Positions 32,401 to 46,876 of a DNA stretch of 64,000 nt are shown here, piece after piece. Position numbers and translations under genes: made by a program. Where the stretch lies: NCBI RefSeq assembly GCF_009914755.1, contig NC_060942.1. The stretch is one strand, 5' to 3'. Source of the DNA: the human T2T-CHM13v2.0 reference genome, Homo sapiens. The notes under the pieces were generated by a model. That model saw only the letters and a program-made list of their open reading frames with translations, was not told the DNA's origin and ran no database searches. How positions within the stretch are numbered: position 1 is the stretch's first letter; the number at the start of each line of letters is the position of its first letter.

Positions 32401-33533
32401 CAGGCTGTAAAACCTGACTTTGGCCGCTCCCTTCCTCCTTTTTGTTCCTCCTTCTTGAATCTCTAAATTCCCTTAAAATGTTGGCAGAGGCTGAACCTAG
32501 GGTAATTTTGATTTACCTGATGGTAGAGATTGTGCCCTTCATTTTGTCTTTGGGGTTTTCTTAGGTTATATGATTTTATATAGCAGCTGCCACTGGTTGA
32601 GGTCCCCTAGTAACTCCCAAACACATATTTTTTTTTACTGGAAGATGATTATTCTAGACTCAAGTAAAGAATAATCTCAGAAGCTCCTAGTTGTTCCTCT
32701 AAGTGAGCCTGTGCTTAAAATGATGTGAGTACTCTTCATAACTCCAGATGGATTAAAGTAGGTGACATGCTTAAAGAAATGAACAATTGGAGTGTCCAAA
32801 GTACAGAAATCATTTCTATCTTGCCTCTAAGGAGCATTTCTCATGTTTCTTTTATTATTACCATCAAGAGCATTATTATTTGTTCATCCATAAGGGTACC
32901 TTAAGATACTACTTCTGATTCCCAGAAATCTCAGCTGAAGATATGCTAAAAGTTGATGTCTTTATCAACAGCACATAGTATGCAAGCATAGTAGAGGGCT
33001 ATGAATAAACCCAGATATGTAGAATAAATTCTCCTGGCTAGTCCACTAAAAAAAGAAATTCAAATATAACAGACTAGTGTTAAGAGTTAATGTTAATATA
33101 TATGAAATATTGTCACCTAAACCAGAGGGTCTACATTTCCCATTCTCTAAAATGGAAAGAAATTTCTCAAAACACTATATAGTTTACTTTTTTATTATAT
33201 ATGTTTTGTATCTTCTCCGTCAGAATATAAGTTCCATATGTTCACTGTTGTATCCCCATCTCCTACAACATTGCTTAACATGTGGTGTGGTAGGTACTCA
33301 TTAAACATTTGTTGAATGAATTAACATAACATTGTATATATTGATTTTTCTTTCGATGCCCTTATCCTGTTTCCCCAAAATAAGGACCTACTCAGGTAGA
33401 CTTTTTCACCTCAGTACCTGCTGTGATTTAGTGATTTTAAGCAAAATATATGTTTGTCTCTTCAGAGTTCTTATGGTGATCAATTGGTAATGTCAAAGAG
33501 AAATCAGTAGAGTGGGCTCTTAAAAATAGCACT

Positions 33534-33855
<322 letters not shown>

Positions 33856-34064
33856 TCAAGAAAATATGGACGGGGAGGGTTCTATTGTCTTGTATTCTAA
33901 TTGAGGTTTAATGTATATACACTAAATTGTAGAGGCCTTAAATGTATAGTGTGATAAATTTTGAAAATTATGTACACCCGTGTAACCACTACCCCAATTA
34001 AGATATAGTACATTTCCATTTTCAATAAATCCTCATACTCTTTTCTAGTCAATCCTCCTGAAGC

Positions 34065-34310
34065 CTTTCCTCTTGGGTTGCTGATGGCTGCCTTCTCACT
34101 GCATCCTCACATGGCCTCTTCTGTGCGTGCATCCCAGGGAACGCTTCCTCTTCTTATAAGGACACCAGTCACTCTCAGGCCCACCCCTATGACCTCATCC
34201 AACTTAACTACCTCTTTAAAGGTCTTGTCTCCAAATATCGTCATATTCTGAGGTGTCCTGGTCTTTAGGACTTCAGATTAATTAGGGAAGGCACAACTAA
34301 GTCCATAACA
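34065..34310 (-). mobile_element. MLT1A-like MaLR LTR fragment
   Basis: cttcttataaggacaccagtc...tatgacctcatc...gtccataaca. Confidence 0.8.
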
Positions 34311-34461
34311 ACCACTTTCTTTCTAATTTTTGTGCCTTAGACCATCTAGGGGTTTTATTACAATATAGAATACAATGAGAAAAGTAGACTTCCATGCCTT
34401 GTTCCCAACCTTATAAGGAAAAGATAGTCTTTCACCGTTAAGTATGATTTTAGCTGAAGGG

Positions 34462-34917
<456 letters not shown>

Positions 34918-35396
34918 CAGATGGAGGCTTTTTGAAAATGCTCTTTATCGGGCTGAGAAAGTTTCCTCCTAGTTTGCTGAAAGTCTTTGTCATAAAGGGG
35001 TGTTGAATTTCATCAAATCTTTTTTTCTGTACTTACAATCATGTTATGTTTTTTCTTCTCAGAAGGTAGTTTAATGATTACACTGATTGGGAGATATTGG
35101 GGTGGTAATTTTTTTTTTTTTTTTTGGTAATGACCTTGTCAGCTTTGGGTATCAGAGTTATGCTAGTGTCATAAATGCATCAGGAAACATCAGTGGAAAT
35201 GGTGTGGTAGGTACCTTCAGGGCCTCATCTCTCCCAAGAAACACTGAAAAATCTTGCAAAAACTGTCAGAAGCTACCTTATCAGAACTCTGGAGGATAGT
35301 GAAAGATTTACAGAAACAAAACCAATTCTTAGCCAGGAGAAAGGCTACTGAAGCATTGTAGGAGGACTTTAGTGTTAACTTAGTCTTGCCCTACCC

Positions 35397-35611
35397 CAAG
35401 CTTTTCCCAACCCGCAGCCCGTGGGCCATATGTGGCCCAGGACAGCTTTGAATGTGGCCCAACACAAATTTGTAAACTTTCTTAAAACATTATGAGATTT
35501 TTTTGTTGTGATTTTTTTTAAGCTCATCAGCTATCATTAATGTATTTTATGTGTAGTCCAAGACAGTTCTCCCAAGGTGTCCTAGGGAAGCCAAAAGATT
35601 GGGTGCCCCTG
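35397..35611. mobile_element. MER30 (hAT-Charlie MITE)
   Basis: tttgaatgtggcccaacacaaatttgtaaactttcttaaaacattatgaga. TSD ccctaccc / ccctcccc. Confidence 0.9.
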
Positions 35612-35934
35612 CCCTCCCCTCTTCCCAGCGTGTCAGCAGTCTAAAAGATGGCAGCCTGAGTTCCATGTTTTAGTATCTGCCCTCTGAGGAAGCAGAGCAG
35701 ACCCTGTTCTCAAGGGATTGTTTCTCTGTTTTAACCTGTCTGTGGATTCCCTAAAGGGCTGACACATGGAGCCTGCCTTTGTTTTGTCTGACTAAACTTT
35801 CTCTGGGCAGAGAGTGGCTACATATAGGACATTCCTTGAAAACACTGAAAATCAGATGAACACACCACTGGCACCTGGGGTTTAAAAAAATAAATAACAA
35901 TGAGGCAAACAATAGACACATCAAAAAGTCAGAT

Positions 35935-37245
35935 GATCTAGAATAAATAGAAGATCTAAATAGACCTATATAACAAGTAAAAAGATTGAATCAGTAATCA
36001 AAACCTCCCAACAAAACAAGCCCAGGACCAGATGGCTTCACTGATGAATTTTACCAAACATTTAAGGAATTAACACAAATTCTTCTCAGACTCTTCCAAA
36101 AAATGTAAGAGGAAAGAATATATCCTAATGAAATGGGAAAAGTTCCCCTATCTCCCTCGCAGGTTGTGTAATGGGGGAGTGGCTCGCTTCTTCAGTGCCC
36201 TGCTGCTCAAACCTCTAGGGGGAGCATGCAGATGGGCAGGTTGTGGGGCTCTGACCACATGGCAGTGTCTAGGGGTAGATGTTTACAGCTCCTGAAGCCC
36301 CAGTGGGCATTTGCTGCCGTGTGCCCTTTTAGTTTTGCCGTCTATAGGTGGCTCGTGTTAACCAGCTCAATTAGACCCTCTACCTGTTGCAAGGACAGAG
36401 GGCTTTCTGTATCCCGGGTTCTTGCCTTAGTGTACTGGAAAAACTGGATCACACGTGGGCTTGGAGAATGAATGCAAGGTTTTATTTAATAGTGGCAGTA
36501 GCTCTCAGCAGTTGGATGGGGTGTCAGAAGGGGGATGGAGTGGGAAGGTAGTTTTACCCTGGAGTTGGGCTGCTTAGTGGCTGGACTCTCTTCCAACCGC
36601 TTTGGCCAAATTCCCCTCGCTGTCTGCATCGTTCCACCGGTCAATGGCCTGCCAGTGTCTGCTGGTGCCTGTTGGTATGTTCTTCCGCTCCTCTCGATGT
36701 CCAGCTGCTTGTGTGCTCTTCTGCCGGTGTGTTCCTCTTGATATCCAGCAGCTTCTGTCCCTTCCTGCTAGGGTCTCGGGGTTTTTATGGGCACAGGATG
36801 TGGGGGTGGCAGGCCAGGGTGGTCTTGGAAAATGCAACATTTGGGTGCCAAGCAGGAGTGCTTGTCCTCACCTTGGTCTGTGGGCACAGGCCCAATGGTG
36901 GAACCCTCACCAGGGACCCTGCCCTTTTCATCCCTGCACTTCCCTGCCCCCCTCCCTGATATCAAAGCCAGAGACAGATGTCACAAGAAAAGCAAACTAT
37001 AGACCAGTATTCTTTATGAGTATGGATGAAAATATACTTAACAAAATACTAGCAAGCCGAATACAGCATATTGAAAGGATTATACATCATAACTAAGTGA
37101 GATTTAGCCCAGGAATACAAAGGCAGTTCAACATACAAAAATCAATCAACGTAATACACATTAATAGAATGAAGGAATAACCACATGATCATCTCAGTTT
37201 ACACAGAAAAAGCATTTGACAAAATCCAACATTCTTTCATGCTAT
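35935..37245 (+). mobile_element. L1M ORF2 fragment split by an LTR
   Basis: agcccaggaccagatggcttcactgatgaatt before the LTR, and KPETDVTRKANYRPVFFMSMDENILNKILA after it. Confidence 0.85.
36129..36964 (-). mobile_element. ERV1 solo LTR, LTR1-like
   Basis: GC-rich 836 bp with TG...CA ends. On the minus strand, CATAAAAA at about 36785 and AATAAA at about 36485. Family name is from memory. Confidence 0.8.
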
Positions 37246-37279
37246 CTGCCCAACTTTATAGGAAATTGTTTGTTGACTC

Positions 37280-37492
37280 TGCCATAGTAGGTCACCAAGG
37301 ACAAGGAGAGGTATTGGAAGAATACACATGAAAAGTTGTTATAGGACAGAACAGAAGTGGCACATATAATGTCCACTGGCTTTCCACCTTACCACACGTA
37401 ATTACAAGGAGGATTAGGGAATATAATCTAGCTGTGTACCTAGGAAGAAGGAAGGAGTACATTTTGGTGGATAACTGACAGCATCTGCCACA
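37280..37492 (-). mobile_element. Old MLT1 (J/K-like) LTR fragment
   Basis: gggaatataatctagctgtgtacctaggaagaagg...catctgccaca. Confidence 0.6.
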
Positions 37493-37494
37493 GC

Positions 37495-37930
37495 AGCATT
37501 CTTCATAATAGCTCCAAACCAGAAATACTCCGAATGTCCCTCAATAGCAGAAGGGATAAAAAGTCATAAATGCATACAATGGAATACTACTTAGCAAAGA
37601 AAACAAAGAAACTGCAGTACATAAAAATTATCAGCATAGGTAAATTTTGCAGACAATTTAAGCAAAGGAAGTCTCAAAAATAATATACATATTTCTAAAG
37701 TTCAAAAGCAACAAAACTAAATGACATGTTTAACCAAACACATAAATGGTAGAACTATAAAGAATAGAAGGAAATAATTATTAGAATAGTTGGGGCCCCT
37801 GGAGGCAAGAAGGAATTGTGACTGGGGATGGATATTGGTATTGTATCTGGGTGGTAGTGCTGCCAGGGCTTGCTTTCTTGAGCTGGGAATGGGTTACACT
37901 GGTTTTGTCTTTATAATTTATTCTTTAAAC
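37495..37930 (+). mobile_element. L1ME 3' fragment
   Basis: cttcataatagctccaaaccagaaa...catacaatggaatactact. Confidence 0.7.
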
Positions 37931-38124
37931 TGAATAGATAATATGGCTCAGCCGTTTAAAAAATATAAAATAAAACAAAGGGCCCAGAAACAGAGTTTTC
38001 TTAAACATTGAACTCTAAGAAAAAAAATTGCCGTGAAATATACCCAGTTATATCTAAATAGGACATGATCCATTATAATCAATTCCATCTGTGCATGTGA
38101 AAATATATGTGCGTGTTTATGTAA

Positions 38125-38534
<410 letters not shown>

Positions 38535-38569
38535 AGCATTTTTATTTATTTTTAAGCATATGTTGTTAT

Positions 38570-38604
38570 TGTGTGTCTGTGTTTGTGTGTGTGTGTGTGT
38601 GTGT
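38570..38604. repeat. Imperfect (TG)n microsatellite
   Basis: Read directly from the sequence. Confidence 0.9.
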
Positions 38605-39339
38605 TTAAATATACAGGAATATAGAGTTCCATGAATATGCATAACTGTAATTGTTGGTATACTTAATATTAAATAAAATTTATAAATGGAACAAATACAA
38701 TTAAAAGCTGATGTATAGCTTTCTGGAAACGCAATAAGGAATAGAACTTAGAGAATTAATAAAAAAGAACAGTTAAACTTGGTCTGTGCTTTACAGCAAT
38801 CATTCTTATCCTTTTCAGGGTCCCATACCCTTTCAGAATTTGGTAAAAGATATGGTTTCTTTCTTCAGAAAAATAAATGAGCACACATATATACATTGTT
38901 GTGCCTTACAATTATGAGGTATCTGTACATTCCTGAAGTACATTCTTCAATTATAAAAATCCCTGGACCATCTGTTAAAATTCCTTCTTTAAATTGTCCC
39001 CAGGTATTCTGTGATAGTGACCAAAAATATATTTATATTCTGTCACTACCAAGCATTTCTTCTTCCCTTTCACCTCACTCACAAATCCCTTTCAGTTGTT
39101 TCTACTCCTATTTGTCTGTCTTAATTTCCTCTTACATCACCCAGGATTCTACCCAGACAATTGTATTAGTAGTGAACTGCTTTGCCTGACTTTGTTCTAT
39201 CTGTTCCACTCTATTCTAAATTCTGCCTCAAAATTAATCTCTCCAAAGACCAGTTTGGTATTTTTTTAATCATTGTTGTTACTGTTTTATTTTTGAGTCC
39301 CTCTAAAATAATGCTTACAAGTTTGCCATACAGAGCCAA

Positions 39340-39920
39340 ACAGACCTTGATTGCATTCAAAATCCAGCTTTGCTCTTACCAGCTGGGTGATATTGGACAT
39401 GCTGCTTGATCTTTTTACAATTTCCACTTCCTTATCTATAAAATAAGTACACTAATATAATTTAAAGACTGTTGTAAGGATTAATAATGAGATGATACAT
39501 TTAAAGTGATTAGCAGGGTACAAGGACATAGTGATGTTCAATAAATATTTCCTGACTAAATGAAATATTTAGCCTTGAGGTTTTCAGTTTAATGCTTTTG
39601 CTAATGTAACTCTCTGTCTCCCATTTCATGCTCGTCATTGTTTCCTATCAAAGAATCCTACCTCCTGCATCAAATGTTCCCCAAATCCTATAGCCAAATG
39701 TGAACTCTCCCATTTCTTAATTCCTCAGACTTTTCATAGTACTTATTACAGCAGCATAGCATAATGGCCAAAGCTCTCAGGTCATCTTGGACATAGATAC
39801 TAGCTCCATCACTTATAGCTCGGTGACCTTGGGCAGATCACATAGGCTCTTTATGGCTTATTTTCCTTATCTGCAAATTTGTTATAAAAATATTATTTCA
39901 AAGAGTTTTTATGAAAATAA
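39340..39920 (+). mobile_element. Two MIR copies (about 39340-39550 and 39750-39920)
   Basis: cttaccagctgggtgatattggaca...ttccttatctataaaat and tagctcggtgaccttgggcagatca. Confidence 0.75.
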
Positions 39921-40272
39921 AAAATAATTTCTAAAAAAGGTAAAACAATAGAGATAGAGAGGGGGCTAGGACCAGACTAAGGCCGGGAGCAGTTATTACC
40001 TACAAATGGGCAAGAGGGAACCTTCTGGAACAAGGAAATATTCTAAAACTGGATTTTAAAAAGAAATATCTAAGTACCATGCAAATTTAAAATAAAAACT
40101 GGCTTGTAGCCATGCTTTCATAGCTATATAAAGTTACTATTTATCAAACTCTACAGTTAAAATGAGTAAATTTTATGATACTCAAATTATACCTCAATAA
40201 AATTTATATATACACTAAGCATATAGTATGTGTTAGCAGTTACTACCTTATACTGCCTTGTGTTATCTGTGG

Positions 40273-40570
40273 TTTTGGTTTTGTTTTTTTCTTGAGACAG
40301 ATTCTTGCTCTGTTGCCCAGGCTAGAGTGCAGTAGTATGACCATAGCTCACTGCAGCCTCAACCTCCTGGGCTCAAGGGATCCTCCTGCCTCAACCTCCT
40401 GAGTAGCTGGGACTAGGACTGCAGGCACATGCCACCACACCTGGCTAATTTTATTTTTTATAGAAACAGGATCTTGCTATGTTGCCCAGGCTGGTCTTCA
40501 ACTCCTGGCCTGATCCTCCTGCCTTGGCCTCCCAACGTGCTCAGATTACAGGTGTGAGCCACTGAGCCCA
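40273..40570 (-). mobile_element. AluJo
   Basis: catagctcactgcagcctcaacctcctgggctcaag. Confidence 0.93.
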
Positions 40571-40787
40571 TCCTCTATGTCTCTTTATGTGATAGTCAAG
40601 AGTGTCTTGTGTCCTTACTCTCATACCTTCCTTTCCCTCCCCATAAACTAAGCCTGAGCTTAATCCTGGCACTGGCCAGTATTAATATGTACTTGTTTGG
40701 GTTGAGGGTACCACAGATTTCTATATATAAAGAAGAATGAATTGTGCATTTAGAGGCTGGTCTTTTACATCTACGCATAATAGATCA

Positions 40788-40990
40788 GTGGGACCCTGTC
40801 TCTACAAAAATAAAAATAAAGAATTAGCCTGGCATAGTGGCACACATTTGTAGTCTCAAATACTCAAGAGGCTGAGGCAAGAGGATCACTTGGGCCCAGG
40901 AGGTCGAGGTTGCAGTGAGCTGGGATTGCACCACTACACTCCAGCCTAGTGATAGAGTGAGACCCTGTCTCAATAAACAAACGAACAAAC
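40788..40990 (+). mobile_element. AluJ, 5'-truncated (mostly the right arm)
   Basis: gaggatcacttgggcccaggaggtcgaggttgcagtgagc. Confidence 0.9.
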
Positions 40991-41936
40991 AGAGTAGAGA
41001 ATAGTTGACATAAAGAGTATAGTTTTTGAAGCCAAGGATAATGGTGATCATTTTGACGCTAATCGCTATAGCTGTAAGACTCTAGCCTTCTCTATGCCTG
41101 ATGATTTCAGGTTGCACGCAACCTGTTGCCATTCCCAAAGTTAGCATACTGCACTCCTGGCATTTTAGGGTCTGGTATTCCCAGCACTCCAAAGCTTTTT
41201 GTTATTTGAATACTCTCCTTTTTGTCAAAGAGTGGATCTTCCCAAATAACTTCATGCATCCCGGATAACAGTTTTCAGAGAACCAGAAGAAAAACTGCAT
41301 GTGATTCTTACAGTCTTCCAAGATAAATATAGCTATATTTTATGTTGTTTAGAAACTAATAATAACTGAAAAATAAAATAAAAACAATATTTCTGTCCAT
41401 ACCATCTTTTTATTTAGCACTCCAGAAGAGAAAAGTAATTACAAACTAAACATTGCTTGTTGGAAAGGAATTGAGGCCAAGTCAGGCAGTTCCTGGGAGG
41501 ATAAACTATTGCTTAGGAACTTTCCCATGGCACTCGAATGAATATTAGTTGAGCATCTCTTCCAATTAAGACATGTGTTTTAGCCAATGTTGAGTTCTCT
41601 AAAAGAAACTTTCAAGACTTATATATATCTTGAAAGTGTTTTAAAGAGGATCAATTTAATTTGGAGGGTTTAGAGTTACAAAGTGCTGGAATCTTTCTTA
41701 TGAAAGTTAAAGGGAGCAAAATAAAACATCCCACCTCCTTGGGCATTTTCACAGTAAACCAAGATCAGCAGGGCTTTGCTAGGCAATCAGGTTTAAAAAC
41801 AAAATCTCTAGTTACTCTGTCACTGCAAAAATGTATTTTCTTAAAGCGCATTATAGATTTCCCATGTTTACAAAACTGAAGTGAGTTTTTCATATGCCAT
41901 TGTTACATTTCAGGGAAACAAGTGGCTTACCTTTGA

Positions 41937-42146
<210 letters not shown>

Positions 42147-43109
42147 TAAGCTTCAGAGATTCTTTAGTTTTTAATATTCTCCCTATGAGAGCATTTTTTT
42201 GAAGTTTATTTAATAAGGAAGGGAAAAATCTTGACAACTCTTAGTAATTCTTTCTCAAGAGAGGTCCTTCTTTTGAAGCATCTAGATTTGGCCAGTTTGA
42301 ACCACATGGAGTCCTTTTCTTTATACATGCACTTTCTTAGTTGATCATGGTAATGTAAGGGCTTCCATAGAAACCTAAAGCTAAACCTATCCTTCACCAG
42401 AAAGTCTGTTTAGCAGCAGGGCTTTCCTAATTTATCACAGAAAAGTTATACATTTAGACTATAAGTTTAACTAGCTGAAATCATTGCTATTGAACATTAT
42501 AGTGGCTTTTGTACTAGTTAAAGGAATACCAACATTAACTTAAGACCAGACACATTTGAAGGGTTAAGCATTTGATCAGCCTTTTCTGGAGTCAGGGAAA
42601 GAAATATCTTATTTTAAATTTCCCATGTCTAATGAACCAACTCCCACATTATGCAATTAAGGCTGAATATGTAAACGTCAGTACCAAAAGGGCTTGGTTT
42701 ATGTTTCTTCAGGGATATGATTGGTTTTGAGCACTTAAATTCATAGCAGCTTATCCGATGAATTGAATATAAATGTTAAGACTTAATTTGTAGTTAATTT
42801 GAAGTCCATTGGCTTTGCAAAGTAGAAATGCCCAAATTACAAGTCTCAAGTCTGATGATTTTAAAGATGTGCTCTAAAATTTATTATTTTGGTTTGAGGT
42901 AATTTCAAAGGGAAGAGAAAGATTATTTCTTCCTCCTCTAAAAAGTTGTATTCCAGTCCAGTGCCTATAGATATGCTGTTCCACAGAAGCCAAACCTAGG
43001 AAACAGTGTGTTCATCGTATTTTGGCTCTTTTTGTCATTCCTTTAATTCTGGAGCTAGAAAGGTAAGCATCTTAAAGAACTTTTGAGAAATGACTCCAAC
43101 ACAAAAGAT

Positions 43110-44033
<924 letters not shown>

Positions 44034-46876
44034 GCTTTCTTTTATTTTTAATGCTACTGTTGTTGGCATTCTTCCAAAGATCCACAATAAGTTGTGTTTC
44101 TGAAATGTTGATGGAGCTTCCTCTTTGGATCACTTAACGTTGTGGCTGAAAGCTTGTGCTCAGAGGGTTTCCATCCTAGCTCACCTTGAGGGATTCATTT
44201 GGAGGAATTAGAGGTAAAGAAGGAAGATTATCTGGATTTTCAATCTTAGTGAATTTTCCTATTGTTAAAGATTAAAATGAGATCTTTAACACCACTTTAA
44301 TATATTGTTTTTGATGGTTGCATTTCAGTTTAGAGGGAAGTATGAAAAAATGGAATAAAATGTTGCCCCAGTAAGAGTTTTATAAAACATCCTCAGCACA
44401 CATTTTTGGAATGGATCATATCAACATTGTAGAGTTTTACAAGCCCAGGTTAAAACTGCTGTGAAGAGTCATATTTACAGACTTTAAAAAAGGATTATCT
44501 ATTTGTCCTTAATACTGCAGATCAGCTAAATATAGATTCTCAGAAGCTTCCTATGTAACGAGCATTTGGCTTAATAAAACAACATGTAGCACACCATATT
44601 TTATCTTTAGAAATGCATGATGACATCATACAGGTCTCTTACACGAATTGCAGAGTTAAAAAAAAAAAATCAGAGTACTATGAAAATCAGTTACCAAGAA
44701 GGCATAGTGGTGGCTTTCCAGATTTCAGAATCAGGATTATTTGTACTGTTTTTATTTCAAAGTGTAGAAAAGGCATTTTTTTAAATAGACTACATATCAG
44801 TCACATGCAAACTCTTAATGTAAGAGAAGAGCCTATTGTTCTTTATCTCAACAAACCTTTGAAAGTACCAAAGGGAACAAGAGTAAAAGCTCTTCCCCTG
44901 TCCACCTTAAATTCCAAGAATTTTCAAGACCTGCAAACAAGGATGGGGGTGAGACAGATGCCAGTGGGAGACAGGTTTTCCTTTGTTCTCTGAAAATACC
45001 TAGAAGAGTTCCATTTCATTCCATGTGCAGGTGAAAAAAACAGGTGTGGCAGAGTCATCTTTCTCATTCACAGTGTTGGTTGTTAATTGTTCTCACTGCT
45101 GGCTGTCAATATTATGTAAAATTTTCATTCCCCATTCAAGATGGAAAAAGTTGTGGCTGAAAATGTTAACATTTGCATTTTTATTTGTTGATTTATTTAA
45201 AGGACAACCTCTCCTACAGCAATCCATCACTTGGTGACACCCCAAATATGAATAATGTATTGTAGACTTGCAGTTACAATGTGTAATAAGTGCTAGAGAC
45301 AGTAAAGGAATGTTAACTATGTTGCAAATATAATATTTATTAACTCATAAAGTTTATTGCTTTTAAGGTTCAATAATACTGACCATAAGACATCAATATC
45401 ACTTATCCTGATTTTAGCTGGGCACCTTTGTATGTAGAAATATTCATCTATCTCATGCTAACAAAATAAATATGTAATTTACAGCATAAGCAAAGGGGGC
45501 ATTATAGTTTTCTGTGCTGAAAGCTGCAGTGTTTCTTTCTCTCCATTTCACTTCTGGCTCTCCACACTGATCACACACCCCTAAGCTGCGTAAGAGAATA
45601 AGCACAGTGGTCATCTTGGCACAAGAGGGAGGTGAAGCTGAATTAAATGTACCATTCATTTCTGCTTGAATGGAACAAGCAATGCCCCACAGACCACTCC
45701 ACCTGGAAAGAGGAGTTGAGGGGCTTTCTCCCTGTCATTCTGAACACCTCAGGGTAGGTGAGCCTTGGCTCTAAAAGAAACTTAAATAAATACCTTTCCT
45801 ACCAAATGAATGAGTCAGAGTTTACCAAGTCTACTTGATCCTTTAGTCTCCAGTGTGAAGCCAGAGCTGGGCAAGTTACCATTTGCTTCTCAAATGAATG
45901 TGTTATGAGCACAGATATAACTGATAATTAACCATTTTGTGCCTTCTAGAATTAGGTGTGTCCATTGTCAACAATAAAGATCATACAGGAAATATATAAC
46001 ACTCAAAGCAAAAGAAGTAATGATAATTAGCAACCATCAGCTGTAATTGTCATCTACATTAAGATGCAGAATTATGTATTTCTTCGTTATAAATAGCCTT
46101 TCTAATTGTACTTGATGTATGCCAATTTAATCAAAAAGTATACTTGCAACAGGCAGAATTTGCATTAATGTAGCCTTGGATCTTCAGGTCTTTTATTTCA
46201 AATTTGACTGGGAAAGAAGGCCTATTACAGCTGTATATCCTTGATATGTTGGTGTCTTTTTCTATTCAGATGTGTAGATCTGATACATTTTATATTAAAA
46301 TGAAGATAGTATCTTCTGAGATTGCTCAATGCAACAGAAATCTTGTCACCTTTAAAAATATTGGTGGAGTTTGTATTTTTCAGTCATATGGTGACACAGT
46401 GATTGTTGGACCCTGATAAACAGAGGCACACCAGGCCTACAGTAGCAGGATTAGATTCTCAGTCCCTGAAGTAAAAGGTTACTAAGGTCACTTCTTTCTG
46501 TTCTTCTATGACTTCTACAAACAGTTACAGCTGGTGCTCTCCCTGTGCCTTTGTGTGTCTGTGTGTAAGATGTGAAGAAAGAAAGGGAGATTTCACCAAA
46601 TCACGCCCAACTAGTGAATTTTCAGAACTGGAACTGGAATTAGCCTGTTTCTAGGATGTACTGTTCACTTTTTTAGCTTTTTTTTTTAAAGAAAGATGAG
46701 TTTTTAATGACAACACAAAAGCGTTAAAGGTTTTTGTTTTGTTTTATTTTGTTTTGTTTCTTTTTGAGTTACTGGTGGGGAGAGGTGTTGATTTTGTGAA
46801 GCTTCTTTTTTCTTGACAGGATTTGGGAAATACTTGAGTACATACTTTGAGGGACTTGATAAATTATTTGGGGGCT

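Noticed and set aside
36226-37096. Cluster of overlapping ORFs up to 164 aa
   Set aside because: Chance frames in a GC-rich LTR, one of which runs into L1 ORF2.
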